A DNA stretch of 64,000 nucleotides, taken from positions 1,135 through 65,134 of the forward strand of contig LKNB01000011.1 of NCBI GenBank assembly GCA_001564055.1. Reading direction: 5' to 3'. Made by a program: the position numbers and the translations under genes. This document shows, in pieces, positions 1 to 9,811 of this stretch. Origin of the DNA: Rhodothermaceae bacterium Tc-Br11_B2g6_7. Its GTDB lineage: Bacteria > Bacteroidota > Rhodothermia > Rhodothermales > Salinibacteraceae. How positions within the stretch are numbered: position 1 is the stretch's first letter; the number at the start of each line of letters is the position of its first letter. The notes beneath the pieces were generated by a model. That model ran no database searches. It was not told the origin of the DNA and worked only from the letters and a program-made list of their open reading frames with translations.

Positions 1-621
1 CCGAGCGAAGTGGTGGCAACTGATGACCAGGTTGTTGCTTTTCAGCCGCGCCACGGGCAACCCTACGTATTTACGCGCTACTCGCAAGAAGGAGATTCAC
101 TTGGTATGGCGGGCAGGCTCCTTCATGAGGAAATGAATGAACTACCGTTTCGTGGATCCAGGGCATTTCATTATTCGGGACATCTACTTGCAGATGGCGA
201 GGGTGGGTACATACTTGCTCCGAATCGCCTTCCGCACGTGCTGCGCTTTGATCAAAACCACGACCTAATGTATGCACGAGTGCTTCGAACTGAAGCCTCG
301 CCACCGGTGGTAGAAGTTGAGGAAACAGAAGTGGGTGGGCGTACCACGACGTTTGTGGGGTTTGAGGATAATACCCCGGTGACGACCTATACCTTACACC
401 GGGTGGGGCCCTACATTGTGACCATGACGGGGAAAGAAGGGGATACCTATGTTTTCGACGCGTACTTCCTTGCGGATGGCTTGTACGCTTTCTCGTTTGA
501 GGCCGATCTTCCCACTGCGGACATGCAAAGCATATACATGGACGACGACCGTCTGTATTTTGTGGAATGGAATCGCGTAAGTGTATATTCTCACGACCTC
601 ATGCAGGTGGCAGACAGATAG
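1..621 (+). CDS. hypothetical protein, 5' end probably outside the window
   Basis: The frame is open from base 1, so the listed GTG at 10 may be internal. No recognisable motif. GC is markedly lower than in neighbouring genes (one 60-nt line counts 43%). Confidence 0.4.
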   Translation, partial: PSEVVATDDQVVAFQPRHGQPYVFTRYSQEGDSLGMAGRLLHEEMNELPFRGSRAFHYSGHLLADGEGGYILAPNRLPHVLRFDQNHDLMYARVLRTEASPPVVEVEETEVGGRTTTFVGFEDNTPVTTYTLHRVGPYIVTMTGKEGDTYVFDAYFLADGLYAFSFEADLPTADMQSIYMDDDRLYFVEWNRVSVYSHDLMQVADR

Positions 622-693
622 TGCAGACGTAGCTGACCGAACCGACGCCTGAAACGGGCGTGAGATCTATTTCGGTATCCCTCGCTACAGTAC

Positions 694-1455
694 GTGTGGC
701 TTATGCTTCGCCAATTGGCCTCGATCACGTTTCTGCTCTTCATGGCAGTGACGAGCCTCATGTTCTACGTGGGGGCTCTGTTTATCTGGATCGTCACCCT
801 GCCGTTTGACAAGCGCCTGCGCTGGCTGCACCTGTACTCGTCGTTCTGGGCCAGCTTCTACCTGTGGACCAACCCGCAGTGGGAGGTGCAGGTGGAGGGC
901 CGCGAGCATATCGATCCGGAGGAGGCCTACGTGATCGTCTCCAACCATCAGTCAGCGCTCGATATTCTGGTAGCGTTCCGGCTCTTTACGCACTTCAAGT
1001 GGGTGTCCAAGGCGGAGATGTTCAAGGTGCCCCTCATCGGGTGGAATATGTACATGAACCGCTACGTGAAGCTGCACCGCGGCGATAAGGAGAGCGCAAA
1101 GCAGATGATGGAGGAATGCCGGCAGCATCTAAGCGAGGGAAGCAGCATTTGGATCTGCCCGGAAGGCACGCGGTCGCGCACAGGTGAACTGCGGCCCTTT
1201 AAGCTGGGGGCGTTTATTCTGGCCAAGGAGATGAAGCGTCCCCTACTGCCAGTGGCGATTTCTGGCACAAAGGAAGCCCTCCCCAAAAAGAGCCTGAAGC
1301 TGCACGGGCACCATCCCATCACGGTCAAGGTGCTTCAGCCAATTCCGTATGAGGACTTCGCCGATAAGGACCTCGAGGGGGTTGCTACTGAGGTACGCGA
1401 GCTTGTAGCCGCCGAGGTAGCCGAGCATGCGGCGGCGCTGGAGAAAGCCGGGTAA
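694..1455 (+). CDS. plsC: 1-acyl-sn-glycerol-3-phosphate acyltransferase (PlsC/LPLAT family)
   Basis: N-terminal TM helix. Acyltransferase HX4D motif (NHQSALD). PEGTRSRTG motif typical of PlsC. Size 253 aa. Confidence 0.85.
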   Translation: MWLMLRQLASITFLLFMAVTSLMFYVGALFIWIVTLPFDKRLRWLHLYSSFWASFYLWTNPQWEVQVEGREHIDPEEAYVIVSNHQSALDILVAFRLFTHFKWVSKAEMFKVPLIGWNMYMNRYVKLHRGDKESAKQMMEECRQHLSEGSSIWICPEGTRSRTGELRPFKLGAFILAKEMKRPLLPVAISGTKEALPKKSLKLHGHHPITVKVLQPIPYEDFADKDLEGVATEVRELVAAEVAEHAAALEKAG

Positions 1456-1641
1456 CCCGGTACGTCGACTCCTGCGGATAACGCAGGGCAGCACCGCCTG
1501 TGATTGTACCCACGTGCAGACACCCACAACAATGCCAACTGCCTGCCGTTCGGAGGGTACGGTTTGCGGCAGAGGTAGAGAGCTCTCAATACAGCGTTGC
1601 GTGGCCCAAAAATAGAGCGCGGGGGCACAGACGACAGTGGA

Positions 1642-2922
1642 ATGCGGGCGCACTGCGGTTACTACAAACGACGAGAGGTAATTTTGGCAACACACCAGGA
1701 GCATGAAACACTACTGCAGCAGCTTATCGAAGACGCATCCCGTGCGATCGACCTAAGAAAAAGCGAGGACCTGTCGGAAATAGAGCATACGGCAGACATT
1801 TTAGTCCAGAACTTGAGCGGTGAGGCATTGGCTTCGATTGAGGCGTCATACGCGTCCGATCCCTCCATACCACTTGCATTCAATATAGCTGTAAAGCTGG
1901 CCAAATCTAAAAAATACATAGGCCAGTTTAATGAGCAGGCGCATGTATCGGTTGTCATTGCCCTGTACAAGGAGCACAACCGCATCAAACCCTCCAGTGC
2001 GCATCCCAATGGGGAGGACTTTCTCAGAGTAAAGGTTCATCAGCTGAACTGGCTGTTTGAGGATGTACCCAACTACAGCTGGGACCTGACGCTTGTTGAC
2101 GACGGATGCCCCAACGGCTCAGGAGAGATAGCACAAGAGATCGTCTCCGAGGCGGGCTATCGCAATGTCGACGTGCTGTTTTTAGCGGAGGCCATCGCGC
2201 AAGGAGCACCCGTTGCAGCAGAACTGGACGACGCATCCGATAGCCAAAAGGGCGGCTCCATTCTGTACGGTATGTATCATGCCTCACGGGCAGAAAAAGA
2301 AAACCACGTGGTTCTGTACAGTGATGCCGATCTCTCGACCCACCTCGGCCAGATTGGCCTGCTGACAAAGCCCATCCTTGACGAAGGCTTCCTTGCAGCG
2401 ATCGGCTCCAGACGCGAAGACCGTTCTGTTGTCATCAAGAAGGGCGAGCGAAACGACAGGGGCAAGCTGTTCATCTACTCCTGGAAGCGCATGTTACCTG
2501 AGTTAGGCCATATCACAGATACTCAGTGTGGCTTCAAAGCATTCGCTGGACGGATTGTGCAGGCGATTGTAGCCCCGTCCTTTGAGAAGAAATTCGCCTT
2601 CGACATAGAGCTGCTGTTGAAGATAGATAACATAGAGAAGGACTCAGTTCATAAAGTCCCCATAGCCTGGGTCGATAGCGAAGCAGAGTCTACAACAACC
2701 GATATACAGCCCTACCTTCCGATGCTGAAAAGCATCAGTCAAATGTATAAGAGCTACGGAAGCCGCAACCCACAGGCGGACAGCTTCGCGGGGTTATTTG
2801 ACAGAATAAAAAAGGATCAATGGCATTCTGTATTAGAAAATATTCCCGAGGAGATTACGCGCAGGAATCCCGCTGAATTCTCCTCCTACGACAAGATAAC
2901 AGCGTCTGATCTTGCCGGGTAG
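1642..2922 (+). CDS. family 2 glycosyltransferase (ALG5/DPM1-like) with an N-terminal extension of about 100 aa
   Basis: GT2 core motifs: VSVVIALYKE, LVDDGCPNGSGE, YSDADLS (DxD-like), TDTQCGFKAF, FAFDIELL. The ORF opens at TTG 1597; the first ATG is at 1642, so the start is uncertain. GC is low (about 48% in sample lines). Confidence 0.7.
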   Translation: MRAHCGYYKRREVILATHQEHETLLQQLIEDASRAIDLRKSEDLSEIEHTADILVQNLSGEALASIEASYASDPSIPLAFNIAVKLAKSKKYIGQFNEQAHVSVVIALYKEHNRIKPSSAHPNGEDFLRVKVHQLNWLFEDVPNYSWDLTLVDDGCPNGSGEIAQEIVSEAGYRNVDVLFLAEAIAQGAPVAAELDDASDSQKGGSILYGMYHASRAEKENHVVLYSDADLSTHLGQIGLLTKPILDEGFLAAIGSRREDRSVVIKKGERNDRGKLFIYSWKRMLPELGHITDTQCGFKAFAGRIVQAIVAPSFEKKFAFDIELLLKIDNIEKDSVHKVPIAWVDSEAESTTTDIQPYLPMLKSISQMYKSYGSRNPQADSFAGLFDRIKKDQWHSVLENIPEEITRRNPAEFSSYDKITASDLAG

Positions 2923-3408
2923 AGGTGAAACAGCCACTCCCGCTCGGCGCCCGGTAGCGTTGGCCCGACAAGAAAAACGTCAGCGTTCGCACACAGCCTT
3001 ATTTTCGACTGTACCGGCGTCGACGGTAGCATCATGAATTGCACACGGACTACTCTGGTGGCTGAAATTTAGTTGCATCATGTTGGCGTAAGCCTGAGCT
3101 TCCTGCCGGACGGGGACGGCCCGAGGGGCAGGACGACGAAGGACGGTCGTCACGAGGCAGCAAATACCCAGCGGTTAACCACAGCACAGCGCATTTCGCT
3201 ACCCCCGCTCTCCCCGCGAAGTCATCCTCGACCCCGATCGAGAACGGAGCGAAGCGAACCACGGAGCGAAGCGGAGTAATCCATAGGATGCTTCGGACTG
3301 GCACCGAAGCGTCCTCGAATAGAGCCGCTGGGGTAACACAGTACACGGCGACTTCCAATGTTGGGGGAGCAGCCGTCACGAAGGGACAGGGACACTTGAT
3401 AGCCAGCT

Positions 3409-5340
3409 CTACACCTCCTCTCGCTCCGATACCTCCTTTTCTGGCATGGCTCCCTGCGCCGCCCGCTCCACACCGAGGTCTTCCACGGCAAACGCCTCCC
3501 GCCACCAGAAAGGGATGAGGGCCAGGCCGGCGGCGATCATTACAAAAGTCCAGAAGCTGGAGATGTCGGGGGCAGGAATCATCCAGCGGCCGATGCCTAC
3601 GAGCAGGAGGAAGAGGGAGAGGCCCGTCAGGCCGGCGGCGCGGAGGCGGATCCAGAGAGCACGGGCAGGCGCGCCGGCTTTGTGTCCAGCGGCCCGCGCG
3701 GTGGTGCCCCACGCGCCCAGCGGCTTCACGCGCTCGTAGAAGGAGACGAGCACGGACTGATCCGTCTTCGGCGTGAGGAACGTAATGCCGACAGCCGCCG
3801 CGGTGGAGGTCGCCGACATCACGCTCAGGCGAATCCACTCGGCGTCGGTGGAATAGAGCAGGATGGGCGCCACGATGATGCTTACCGCGATGGCCGCCAG
3901 CTCGGAGTACAGGTTGATCCGCTCCCAGAGCCAGCGCAGCACCAGCACCGAGCCCATCCCCGCGCCAAACAGCAGCGAGATCTGCCACGCCGCCTGAATA
4001 GAGCCCAGGTTGGCCATAATCACCAGGGCGATCACCAGAATCAGAATATTGGAGAGGCGGGCCACCACCACGAGCTCGCGGCTCCCGGCCTCGCGCCCCT
4101 GCCATTCCTCGCACACGAGACGGCTGTAGACGTCGTTGCTCCAGTACGAGGCGCCCCAGTTGAGGTGGGTGTCGAGCGTGGAGGCCAGCGCCGCCAGCAG
4201 CCCCACAAGCATCATCCCGAGAAAGCCTGCAGGGAGGAGGTCGTTTACGCCCTGTACGAAGAGCACCTCCCGGCCCGCTTCGAAGCCCGCGGTGCCCATC
4301 GCCGCCGGGTCGAACGGGTAGAGGATGAGCAGGCCCACGCCAATCACCAGCCAGATGAGGCTGCGGAAAAGGATCTGCGCCCAGGCGAACACCACGCCGG
4401 CGATCCGCGCGTCGCGGTCGGTGCGGCAGGCCATGGAGCGCTGCGCGAGGTAGCCGGTGCCGTCCGAATTCATCTGGAAGAACCACTGCAGCCCGATGAT
4501 GGTGAGGAAGGGCAGCAGCACCTCCGGGGCTGAGTCGGGCGGACTGAACGAGAGCAGCTGGCTGGCCAGTTCGGCGCCGTACAGCTCCACCACGCGGTCG
4601 GTGATCCCAGCCAGGCCACCGGCCTCCCGGACGATGATCCAGCCGTACGCCAGGGTGCCCACCATGGCGAGGGCAAACTGGGCGACATCGGTGGCGATGA
4701 CGCTCCGCAGGCCGCCAGTCGTCGAATAGAGCGCGGTGAACGCCAGAATCAGCAGGATGCTGATCAGATTGGAGGCGGTGGCGACGTCGTGCGGGATGTC
4801 GGTGACGGGCGCGCCGAACGAGAGACCGGTGGCCGAGACCATCGATACCACGGGGTCGAACAGGCCGGGTGGCAGCCACACGTGCCAGAGCAAAAACACT
4901 TCAGCGATGCGCACCGCGGCGACCAGCACCATCGCCATCACCACACAGTTGATGATGGTGCCGTAGTAGATGGCCTTCAGCACGCGCAGCTCCAGCACGC
5001 CGCGCCCGCTGTAGCGAATCTCGGTGAGCTCGGCATCGGTGAGCACGCCGGCGCGGCGCCACAGCACGGCAAACACGAAGGCCATCAGCAAGAAGGCGAG
5101 GCCGTAAATCCACAACCGCCAGATCAGGAAGATGCCGCCCGTGGCGATCAGCCCCACCACCAGGAGCGGGGTGTCGGCCGCAAACTGTGTGGCGGCCATG
5201 CTGAAGCCAGCCCGCCAGCCGGAGATCGTCTTGCCCGCCAGGAAATACTCATCCAGCCCCTTGGATGCCTTCTTCCGGTTCCAAAATCCGGAGCCGATCG
5301 CATAGGCGATGAAGGCAAAGATGATGGCGAGGTCGAGCAC
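3409..5340 (-). CDS. sodium:solute symporter family (SSF) transporter, substrate unknown
   Basis: 643 aa and polytopic. SSF-like N terminus (YFLAGKTISGWRAGFSMAATQFAADTPL). Starts 15 nt downstream of the kinase gene on the same strand. Confidence 0.8.
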   Translation of the reverse strand: MLDLAIIFAFIAYAIGSGFWNRKKASKGLDEYFLAGKTISGWRAGFSMAATQFAADTPLLVVGLIATGGIFLIWRLWIYGLAFLLMAFVFAVLWRRAGVLTDAELTEIRYSGRGVLELRVLKAIYYGTIINCVVMAMVLVAAVRIAEVFLLWHVWLPPGLFDPVVSMVSATGLSFGAPVTDIPHDVATASNLISILLILAFTALYSTTGGLRSVIATDVAQFALAMVGTLAYGWIIVREAGGLAGITDRVVELYGAELASQLLSFSPPDSAPEVLLPFLTIIGLQWFFQMNSDGTGYLAQRSMACRTDRDARIAGVVFAWAQILFRSLIWLVIGVGLLILYPFDPAAMGTAGFEAGREVLFVQGVNDLLPAGFLGMMLVGLLAALASTLDTHLNWGASYWSNDVYSRLVCEEWQGREAGSRELVVVARLSNILILVIALVIMANLGSIQAAWQISLLFGAGMGSVLVLRWLWERINLYSELAAIAVSIIVAPILLYSTDAEWIRLSVMSATSTAAAVGITFLTPKTDQSVLVSFYERVKPLGAWGTTARAAGHKAGAPARALWIRLRAAGLTGLSLFLLLVGIGRWMIPAPDISSFWTFVMIAAGLALIPFWWREAFAVEDLGVERAAQGAMPEKEVSEREEV

Positions 5341-5355
5341 AGCGTGGCGGGTGGA

Positions 5356-6297
5356 TTAGGCAGAATCTGCGGACAAGATAGCAGGGTCGATGGATGAGGG
5401 CAACGGCCCATCGGTTGAAAGTTTACGAGCGGCCACACGGCTGCCGGCGGTAGCGCAGTCGACGGGACCCTGCCCGTTCAGGTGCGCCATCAGGAAGCCG
5501 GCCCAGAAGGCATCGCCCGCGCCGGTTGCTTCGCCGCGAATGGTGACGGGTGTGGCCGGGATCTCGGCGGATTGCTCGCCGCCCTCCCATGAGATATGTG
5601 TCCCGTCGCCGCCCCGCGTAACACAGACGAGGGGTGCGCCCCAGCTATGCACTGTGGCAATGGCGTCGTTGGGGGCAGTGCCGTCGCCAAAGAGCCGCGC
5701 GATGTCGTCGGCGCTCAGCTTCACGAGGGCGCCGTGCTGGCAGTAGCGCTGCACGGTGTACTGAGCGGCCGCGCGGTCGGGCCCGATGGCAGGCGCATAG
5801 TTGGCGTCGAGGGAAAGCGTAACGCCGTGCTGCGCAGCCACCGCCGCTGCTTCCAGAATGGTGGCCCGGGCCGGGGCGCGGCTCAGCGCAAAGCAGGTGG
5901 TGTGAAAGATGCGCGGGCGCTGGCAGAGCCCGTTTGGCAGGTCAGCAGGCTCGAGTTCGGCGTCGGCGCCGCGGTAGGCAGTGAAGTCGGGCGTGCCGGT
6001 GGTGCGGGCCACCAGTACGGCCGTGGTGGGCGTCTGTGCTACGGTCGTAACGGCAGCGGCGTCGACACCGGTGGCTTCTACATGCGCCCGGAGCCACGGC
6101 CCAAGAGAATCGTCGCCCACCGCCGCGACGAGCGCTACCGCCCCGCCCAGGCGCGCCGCGTTGCAGGCCAGGTTAGCGGCACTGCCCCCCGGCTGCTTGC
6201 GGAAGACCGTCGTTTCGGCCAGTGCGTCCGCCGGTGCCTCGCCGATGAGGTCCACCAGCAACTCACCTACGGAAAGGATGTCGAGCGGAGAGGGCAT
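5356..6297 (-). CDS. PfkB-family sugar kinase, fructokinase-like
   Basis: N-terminal ILSVGELLVDLIGE, as in the GEaLiDf motif of fructokinases. C-terminal PfkB signature GAGDAFWAGFL. 313 aa. Confidence 0.8.
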   Translation of the reverse strand: MPSPLDILSVGELLVDLIGEAPADALAETTVFRKQPGGSAANLACNAARLGGAVALVAAVGDDSLGPWLRAHVEATGVDAAAVTTVAQTPTTAVLVARTTGTPDFTAYRGADAELEPADLPNGLCQRPRIFHTTCFALSRAPARATILEAAAVAAQHGVTLSLDANYAPAIGPDRAAAQYTVQRYCQHGALVKLSADDIARLFGDGTAPNDAIATVHSWGAPLVCVTRGGDGTHISWEGGEQSAEIPATPVTIRGEATGAGDAFWAGFLMAHLNGQGPVDCATAGSRVAARKLSTDGPLPSSIDPAILSADSA

Positions 6298-6327
6298 AAG
6301 CTCGATGGGTTGGGTGCGCAGCGAGGG

Positions 6328-7527
6328 CTATTCGGGTTGGGGGGCGGAGAGAAAGGGAAGGGACGCGCCGTCAAGGGCGCTATCTAACAGCAATGCGCCC
6401 GCGGCGCTCCAGGTGCAGGGGCAGGTGCCCTGCGGCCGGCCTTCGTGGGCGTCCAGATACTCAGGAAAGGTGCCCACCGCGTTGGCCGTGTGGAGCGACT
6501 CTACGAGGTCCACTGCAGCGTCGCGCTGCCCCACGGCCAGCAAGGCCAGGCCCCACCAGCCGTTCACCACGGGCCAGAGGCCGCCATTGTGGTAGTGCCC
6601 GGGCGCATTGCTGAAGCGGTCGCGCCAGGCCGTGCGCAGGGCGCGCCAGCTATCGTCGTCACTGCGGATGGGTGGCCAGAACGACGGCACGAAGTGGTGC
6701 GGCCGCTCGGCAGCACGGGCCCGGCCGTACGTCAGCAGCAGCTCGCGCTGCGCATCGGAAGGGAGGCCGAGCAGCACCGCCAGCGCGTTGCTCCACGCGT
6801 CGAAACTGCGCGTGTAGCCGCCGGGCGCCAGCGCTGCAAGAAAGAAGACGGGGGTGCCGTGCTGTTCGATGAGTTGCCGATAGGCCTGTGGATGGTAAGC
6901 TGTATCGGCATCGTCCGCGGCCGTAGGCCAGAAGGTGGAATGTAGCAGGGGGGCGAGCGCCTCCGCTTGCTTCTTCTGCGCGTCGGCGCTGAACGTTGCC
7001 GCAAACGCCCGGAGGGCCCAGAGCCGCACCAGTTGCACATACAGCACGTAGCCGTGCAGCACGTACTCGTCCGCCCAGTCGCCGCCCTGTGGCACGTACA
7101 CGAGCCCGCGCCGGTTAAACTCCCACGTCGTCAGGACCTGCAGCGCCCGTTCCATTGCGGGGCGCTGCGCCTCGGCGAAGGCCGCATCACCCGTTTGCTG
7201 GGCGTACGTGCAGCAGCCCACCACAAACCACGCCGACGGATCCACGCGGCCGGCCAGTCCCCCCAGGCTCACCGCGCCGGTAGCCGGGGCGACGTTCGAT
7301 GGGATCTGCCCATCGGGGCCCTGGGCGGCGGCCAGGGTGTCGAGCGTAGCGCGGAGCCCATCGGCCAGCACTTCATCTTCCGCCAGAAGCCCAGCCAGCC
7401 CACAAAGGATCCCATCGCGCGCCCAGATGCGCTGGTAGTTGGCCCGGTCCACCGTAGAGGCCAAGATGCCATGCGGCGTCGTGGCGTCGCGGAGCAGTGC
7501 AATAGCAGGGTCGGAAGCAGGGGCCAC
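6328..7527 (-). CDS. six-hairpin glycosidase, GH100 neutral/alkaline invertase-like (or GDE_C-like)
   Basis: Three segments align by eye with cyanobacterial/plant neutral invertase motifs: NYQRIWARDG matches NYDQvFvRDF, HYHNGGLWPVV matches YHNGGsWPvl, and FPEYLDAHEGRPQG..TWSAAG matches WPEYYDGk.G...G...QTWSiAG. Confidence 0.6.
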   Translation of the reverse strand: MAPASDPAIALLRDATTPHGILASTVDRANYQRIWARDGILCGLAGLLAEDEVLADGLRATLDTLAAAQGPDGQIPSNVAPATGAVSLGGLAGRVDPSAWFVVGCCTYAQQTGDAAFAEAQRPAMERALQVLTTWEFNRRGLVYVPQGGDWADEYVLHGYVLYVQLVRLWALRAFAATFSADAQKKQAEALAPLLHSTFWPTAADDADTAYHPQAYRQLIEQHGTPVFFLAALAPGGYTRSFDAWSNALAVLLGLPSDAQRELLLTYGRARAAERPHHFVPSFWPPIRSDDDSWRALRTAWRDRFSNAPGHYHNGGLWPVVNGWWGLALLAVGQRDAAVDLVESLHTANAVGTFPEYLDAHEGRPQGTCPCTWSAAGALLLDSALDGASLPFLSAPQPE

Positions 7528-7531
7528 GGGA

Positions 7532-9115
7532 CTACCAGAACATGAAGATCAACACAGCGGTGGCGATGAGCAGCAGCACCGACTGCACACGGAAGTTTTT
7601 GTACCAGACCACGTCCTTCAGGAGCAGGGTTTCTTTCCGGAAAAACTCTACAGACCAGGTGTAGCCCTCAATATTTTCCGGTTTCGGTTCCTCACCGGCG
7701 CGGCTCCAGAAGAAGATGATGGCCATGCAGAGCACCAGCAGGATGGGCGGGACGTACAGGAAGTGAATCGCGTACAGTCCCATCACCGGGCCGGTAATCA
7801 GCATGGCCAGAGCCACGAGGTGCCCGATAATGAGCGCGGCAAAGGCGCTGTGCCGGTTGGCCCGGGTCCAGAAGATACCCATCACAAAGCAGGCCACGAT
7901 GGGCGGGCTGAGGTAGGCCAGCACCGACTGCAGGTATTGCCAGAGCGAGGGGAAGTTGAGGATCATGGGCGCCCAGGCGGCCGCCAGGATCATAAACACG
8001 AACGTGGTGATCCGCCCGTACCGCAGGAGCTGCTGCGGCGTGGGGTCGGGGATGAGCTTCTTCACGAAGTCCATCGTGACCAGCGTGGAGGCCGAGTTTA
8101 GCGTGGAGTCCACGCTCGACATGATGGCAGCAATCAGCGCGGCGATCAGCAGGCCCCGGATCCCAATGGGCATCAGGTCGAAGAGTAGCGTCGGGTAGGC
8201 CAGGTCGGGGTTGGTAAGGCCGGGGTAGAGGATGAGGGCGAACGTGCCGGGCAGCACCATGATGAAGATGGACGGGAGCTTGAGCGCCCCGGCGAAGAGC
8301 GCGCCCCAGCGGCCCTGCTGCAAGTCCTTCGCGCCCAGCACCCGCTGCACCATAAACTGGTTGGTGGTCCAGAAATAGAAGCCCAGCAAAAACACGCCTG
8401 TGAGGAGCCCGGGCCACGGCAGCACCGGATCGCCGATGGGCCGGATGATGCTCAGCTTGTCCTCCGGCACCGTGGCGGTGATCTCCGCCCACGAGCCGAT
8501 TTCCTGAAACGCCAGCCACGAAATCGCGATGCTCCCCAGCAGCAACAGCACCGCCTGAATGGCATCCGTGTACACCACCGCCGCAAGGCCCCCGGCCACC
8601 GTGTACAGGCCTGCCAGCACGGCCAGGACCACAATGGATTGCCACATCGGGATCTCGGGGAAGATCATCTGAATGACCAACGCCCCGGCATAGAGCGCCC
8701 CCGCCGTGTCGATCAGGATGTTGCCCAGAATCGTTACGCCCGAGAAGTAGTAGCGCGACCGCACGTCAAAGCGCCGCTCCAGAAACTCGGGCATCGTAAA
8801 GATGCGGGCGCGCAGATAGAACGGCAGGAAGAAGATCACGAAAATGATCAGCACCACTGCCGCCATCCACTCGTAGTTGTAGACGGCGATGCCCGTGCCG
8901 TAGGCTTCGCCGGCCATCCCCACCAGGCTGGCGCTGGAAATGTTGGAGGCAAACAGCGAGAACCCGATCAGCCACCACGTCAGCGACCGGCCTGCAAGGA
9001 AGTAGTCGGTGGAGGTCTTCTGGTTGCGCGCAAAATAGAGCCCGAGCGCCACGATGCCAACGATGTACACGCCGATGGCAATATAGTCGAACAGATGCAG
9101 CTGAAAGTCGGGCAT
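7532..9115 (-). CDS. SGLT-type sodium:sugar symporter (SSF family)
   Basis: The product begins MPDFQLHLFDYIAIGVYIVG...YFLAGRSLTWWLIGFSLFASNISSASLVG, typical of SGLT/vSGLT. The tracked ORF runs up to 9766, but that extension is Arg/His-rich and overlaps folA on the other strand. The in-frame ATG at 9115 was chosen. Confidence 0.8.
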   Translation of the reverse strand: MPDFQLHLFDYIAIGVYIVGIVALGLYFARNQKTSTDYFLAGRSLTWWLIGFSLFASNISSASLVGMAGEAYGTGIAVYNYEWMAAVVLIIFVIFFLPFYLRARIFTMPEFLERRFDVRSRYYFSGVTILGNILIDTAGALYAGALVIQMIFPEIPMWQSIVVLAVLAGLYTVAGGLAAVVYTDAIQAVLLLLGSIAISWLAFQEIGSWAEITATVPEDKLSIIRPIGDPVLPWPGLLTGVFLLGFYFWTTNQFMVQRVLGAKDLQQGRWGALFAGALKLPSIFIMVLPGTFALILYPGLTNPDLAYPTLLFDLMPIGIRGLLIAALIAAIMSSVDSTLNSASTLVTMDFVKKLIPDPTPQQLLRYGRITTFVFMILAAAWAPMILNFPSLWQYLQSVLAYLSPPIVACFVMGIFWTRANRHSAFAALIIGHLVALAMLITGPVMGLYAIHFLYVPPILLVLCMAIIFFWSRAGEEPKPENIEGYTWSVEFFRKETLLLKDVVWYKNFRVQSVLLLIATAVLIFMFW

Positions 9116-9304
9116 GCAGCACAACAGCAAAAGGTGGGTGGGGTGATTCTGCGCATAGAGAATAGGGCATTGCAGGCGTACTTGCAAAGGAATTGTGAAG
9201 GGGTGGCGGTCCCGTCCTGCAGGCCCGTCAACACATGGGGCACCATCAGCGGCGGCGGTCGTAGAGAGGGCCCATCTATGCGAACCATCCTCCGTTGAAC
9301 CGCC

Positions 9305-9811
9305 GTGCCTGAACTCGTTATCATCGCTGCCGTCGCCGAGGACAACCGCGTCATTGGCAAAGACAAAGACCTGCCCTGGCACATCCCGGCCGACCTGAAG
9401 CGCTTTAAGCGCCTGACGACCGGCTATCCGCTGCTTATGGGGCGGCGCACGTTTGAGTCCATCGTGCACCAGTTTGGCGGGCCGCTGCCGAAGCGCCGCA
9501 ATGTGGTGCTCACCTCGCAGCCGGAGCGCTTTGCGGAGATGCCTGAGGTCGAGGTCTATCCCTCCGTAGAGGCGGCGATGGCGGCGGTGGCGGATGCCCA
9601 CCAGGTGTTCATTGGCGGCGGCGCGGCCATCTACGAGCAGTTTTTGCCGAAAGCCGACCGGCTGGAGTTGACGCTGGTGGAGGGCGACTACACCGGGGAT
9701 ACGTTCTTTCCGCCGTTTGAGCACCTGGTGGGCGACGTGTTTACCGTCGATGCCGTGGAGCCGCACGATGGGTTTCGGTTTGTCACGTACCGGCGGGTAG
9801 CTGCCGCATGA
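9305..9811 (+). CDS. folA: dihydrofolate reductase
   Basis: [48 protein letters not shown] is a classical DHFR N terminus. 168 aa, GTG start. Confidence 0.9.
   Translation: MPELVIIAAVAEDNRVIGKDKDLPWHIPADLKRFKRLTTGYPLLMGRRTFESIVHQFGGPLPKRRNVVLTSQPERFAEMPEVEVYPSVEAAMAAVADAHQVFIGGGAAIYEQFLPKADRLELTLVEGDYTGDTFFPPFEHLVGDVFTVDAVEPHDGFRFVTYRRVAAA

Noticed and set aside
1471-1487. Hairpin CCTGCG-GATAA-CGCAGG after plsC as a terminator
   Set aside because: The stem is only 6 bp and has no U-tract. It is not distinguishable from chance in high-GC DNA.
3050-4879. 609-aa ORF on the minus strand overlapping the SSF transporter gene in another frame
   Set aside because: Extremely Arg/Pro/Gly/His-rich, with no motifs, and nested inside a well-supported transporter gene. 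This is a typical off-frame ORF of high-GC DNA.
9116-9766. 217-codon N-terminal extension of the SGLT ORF (the tracked ORF is 7532-9766)
   Set aside because: The extension is Arg/His/Gly-rich and lies antisense to the clearly real folA gene. The transporter-like sequence begins at the internal Met at 9115.
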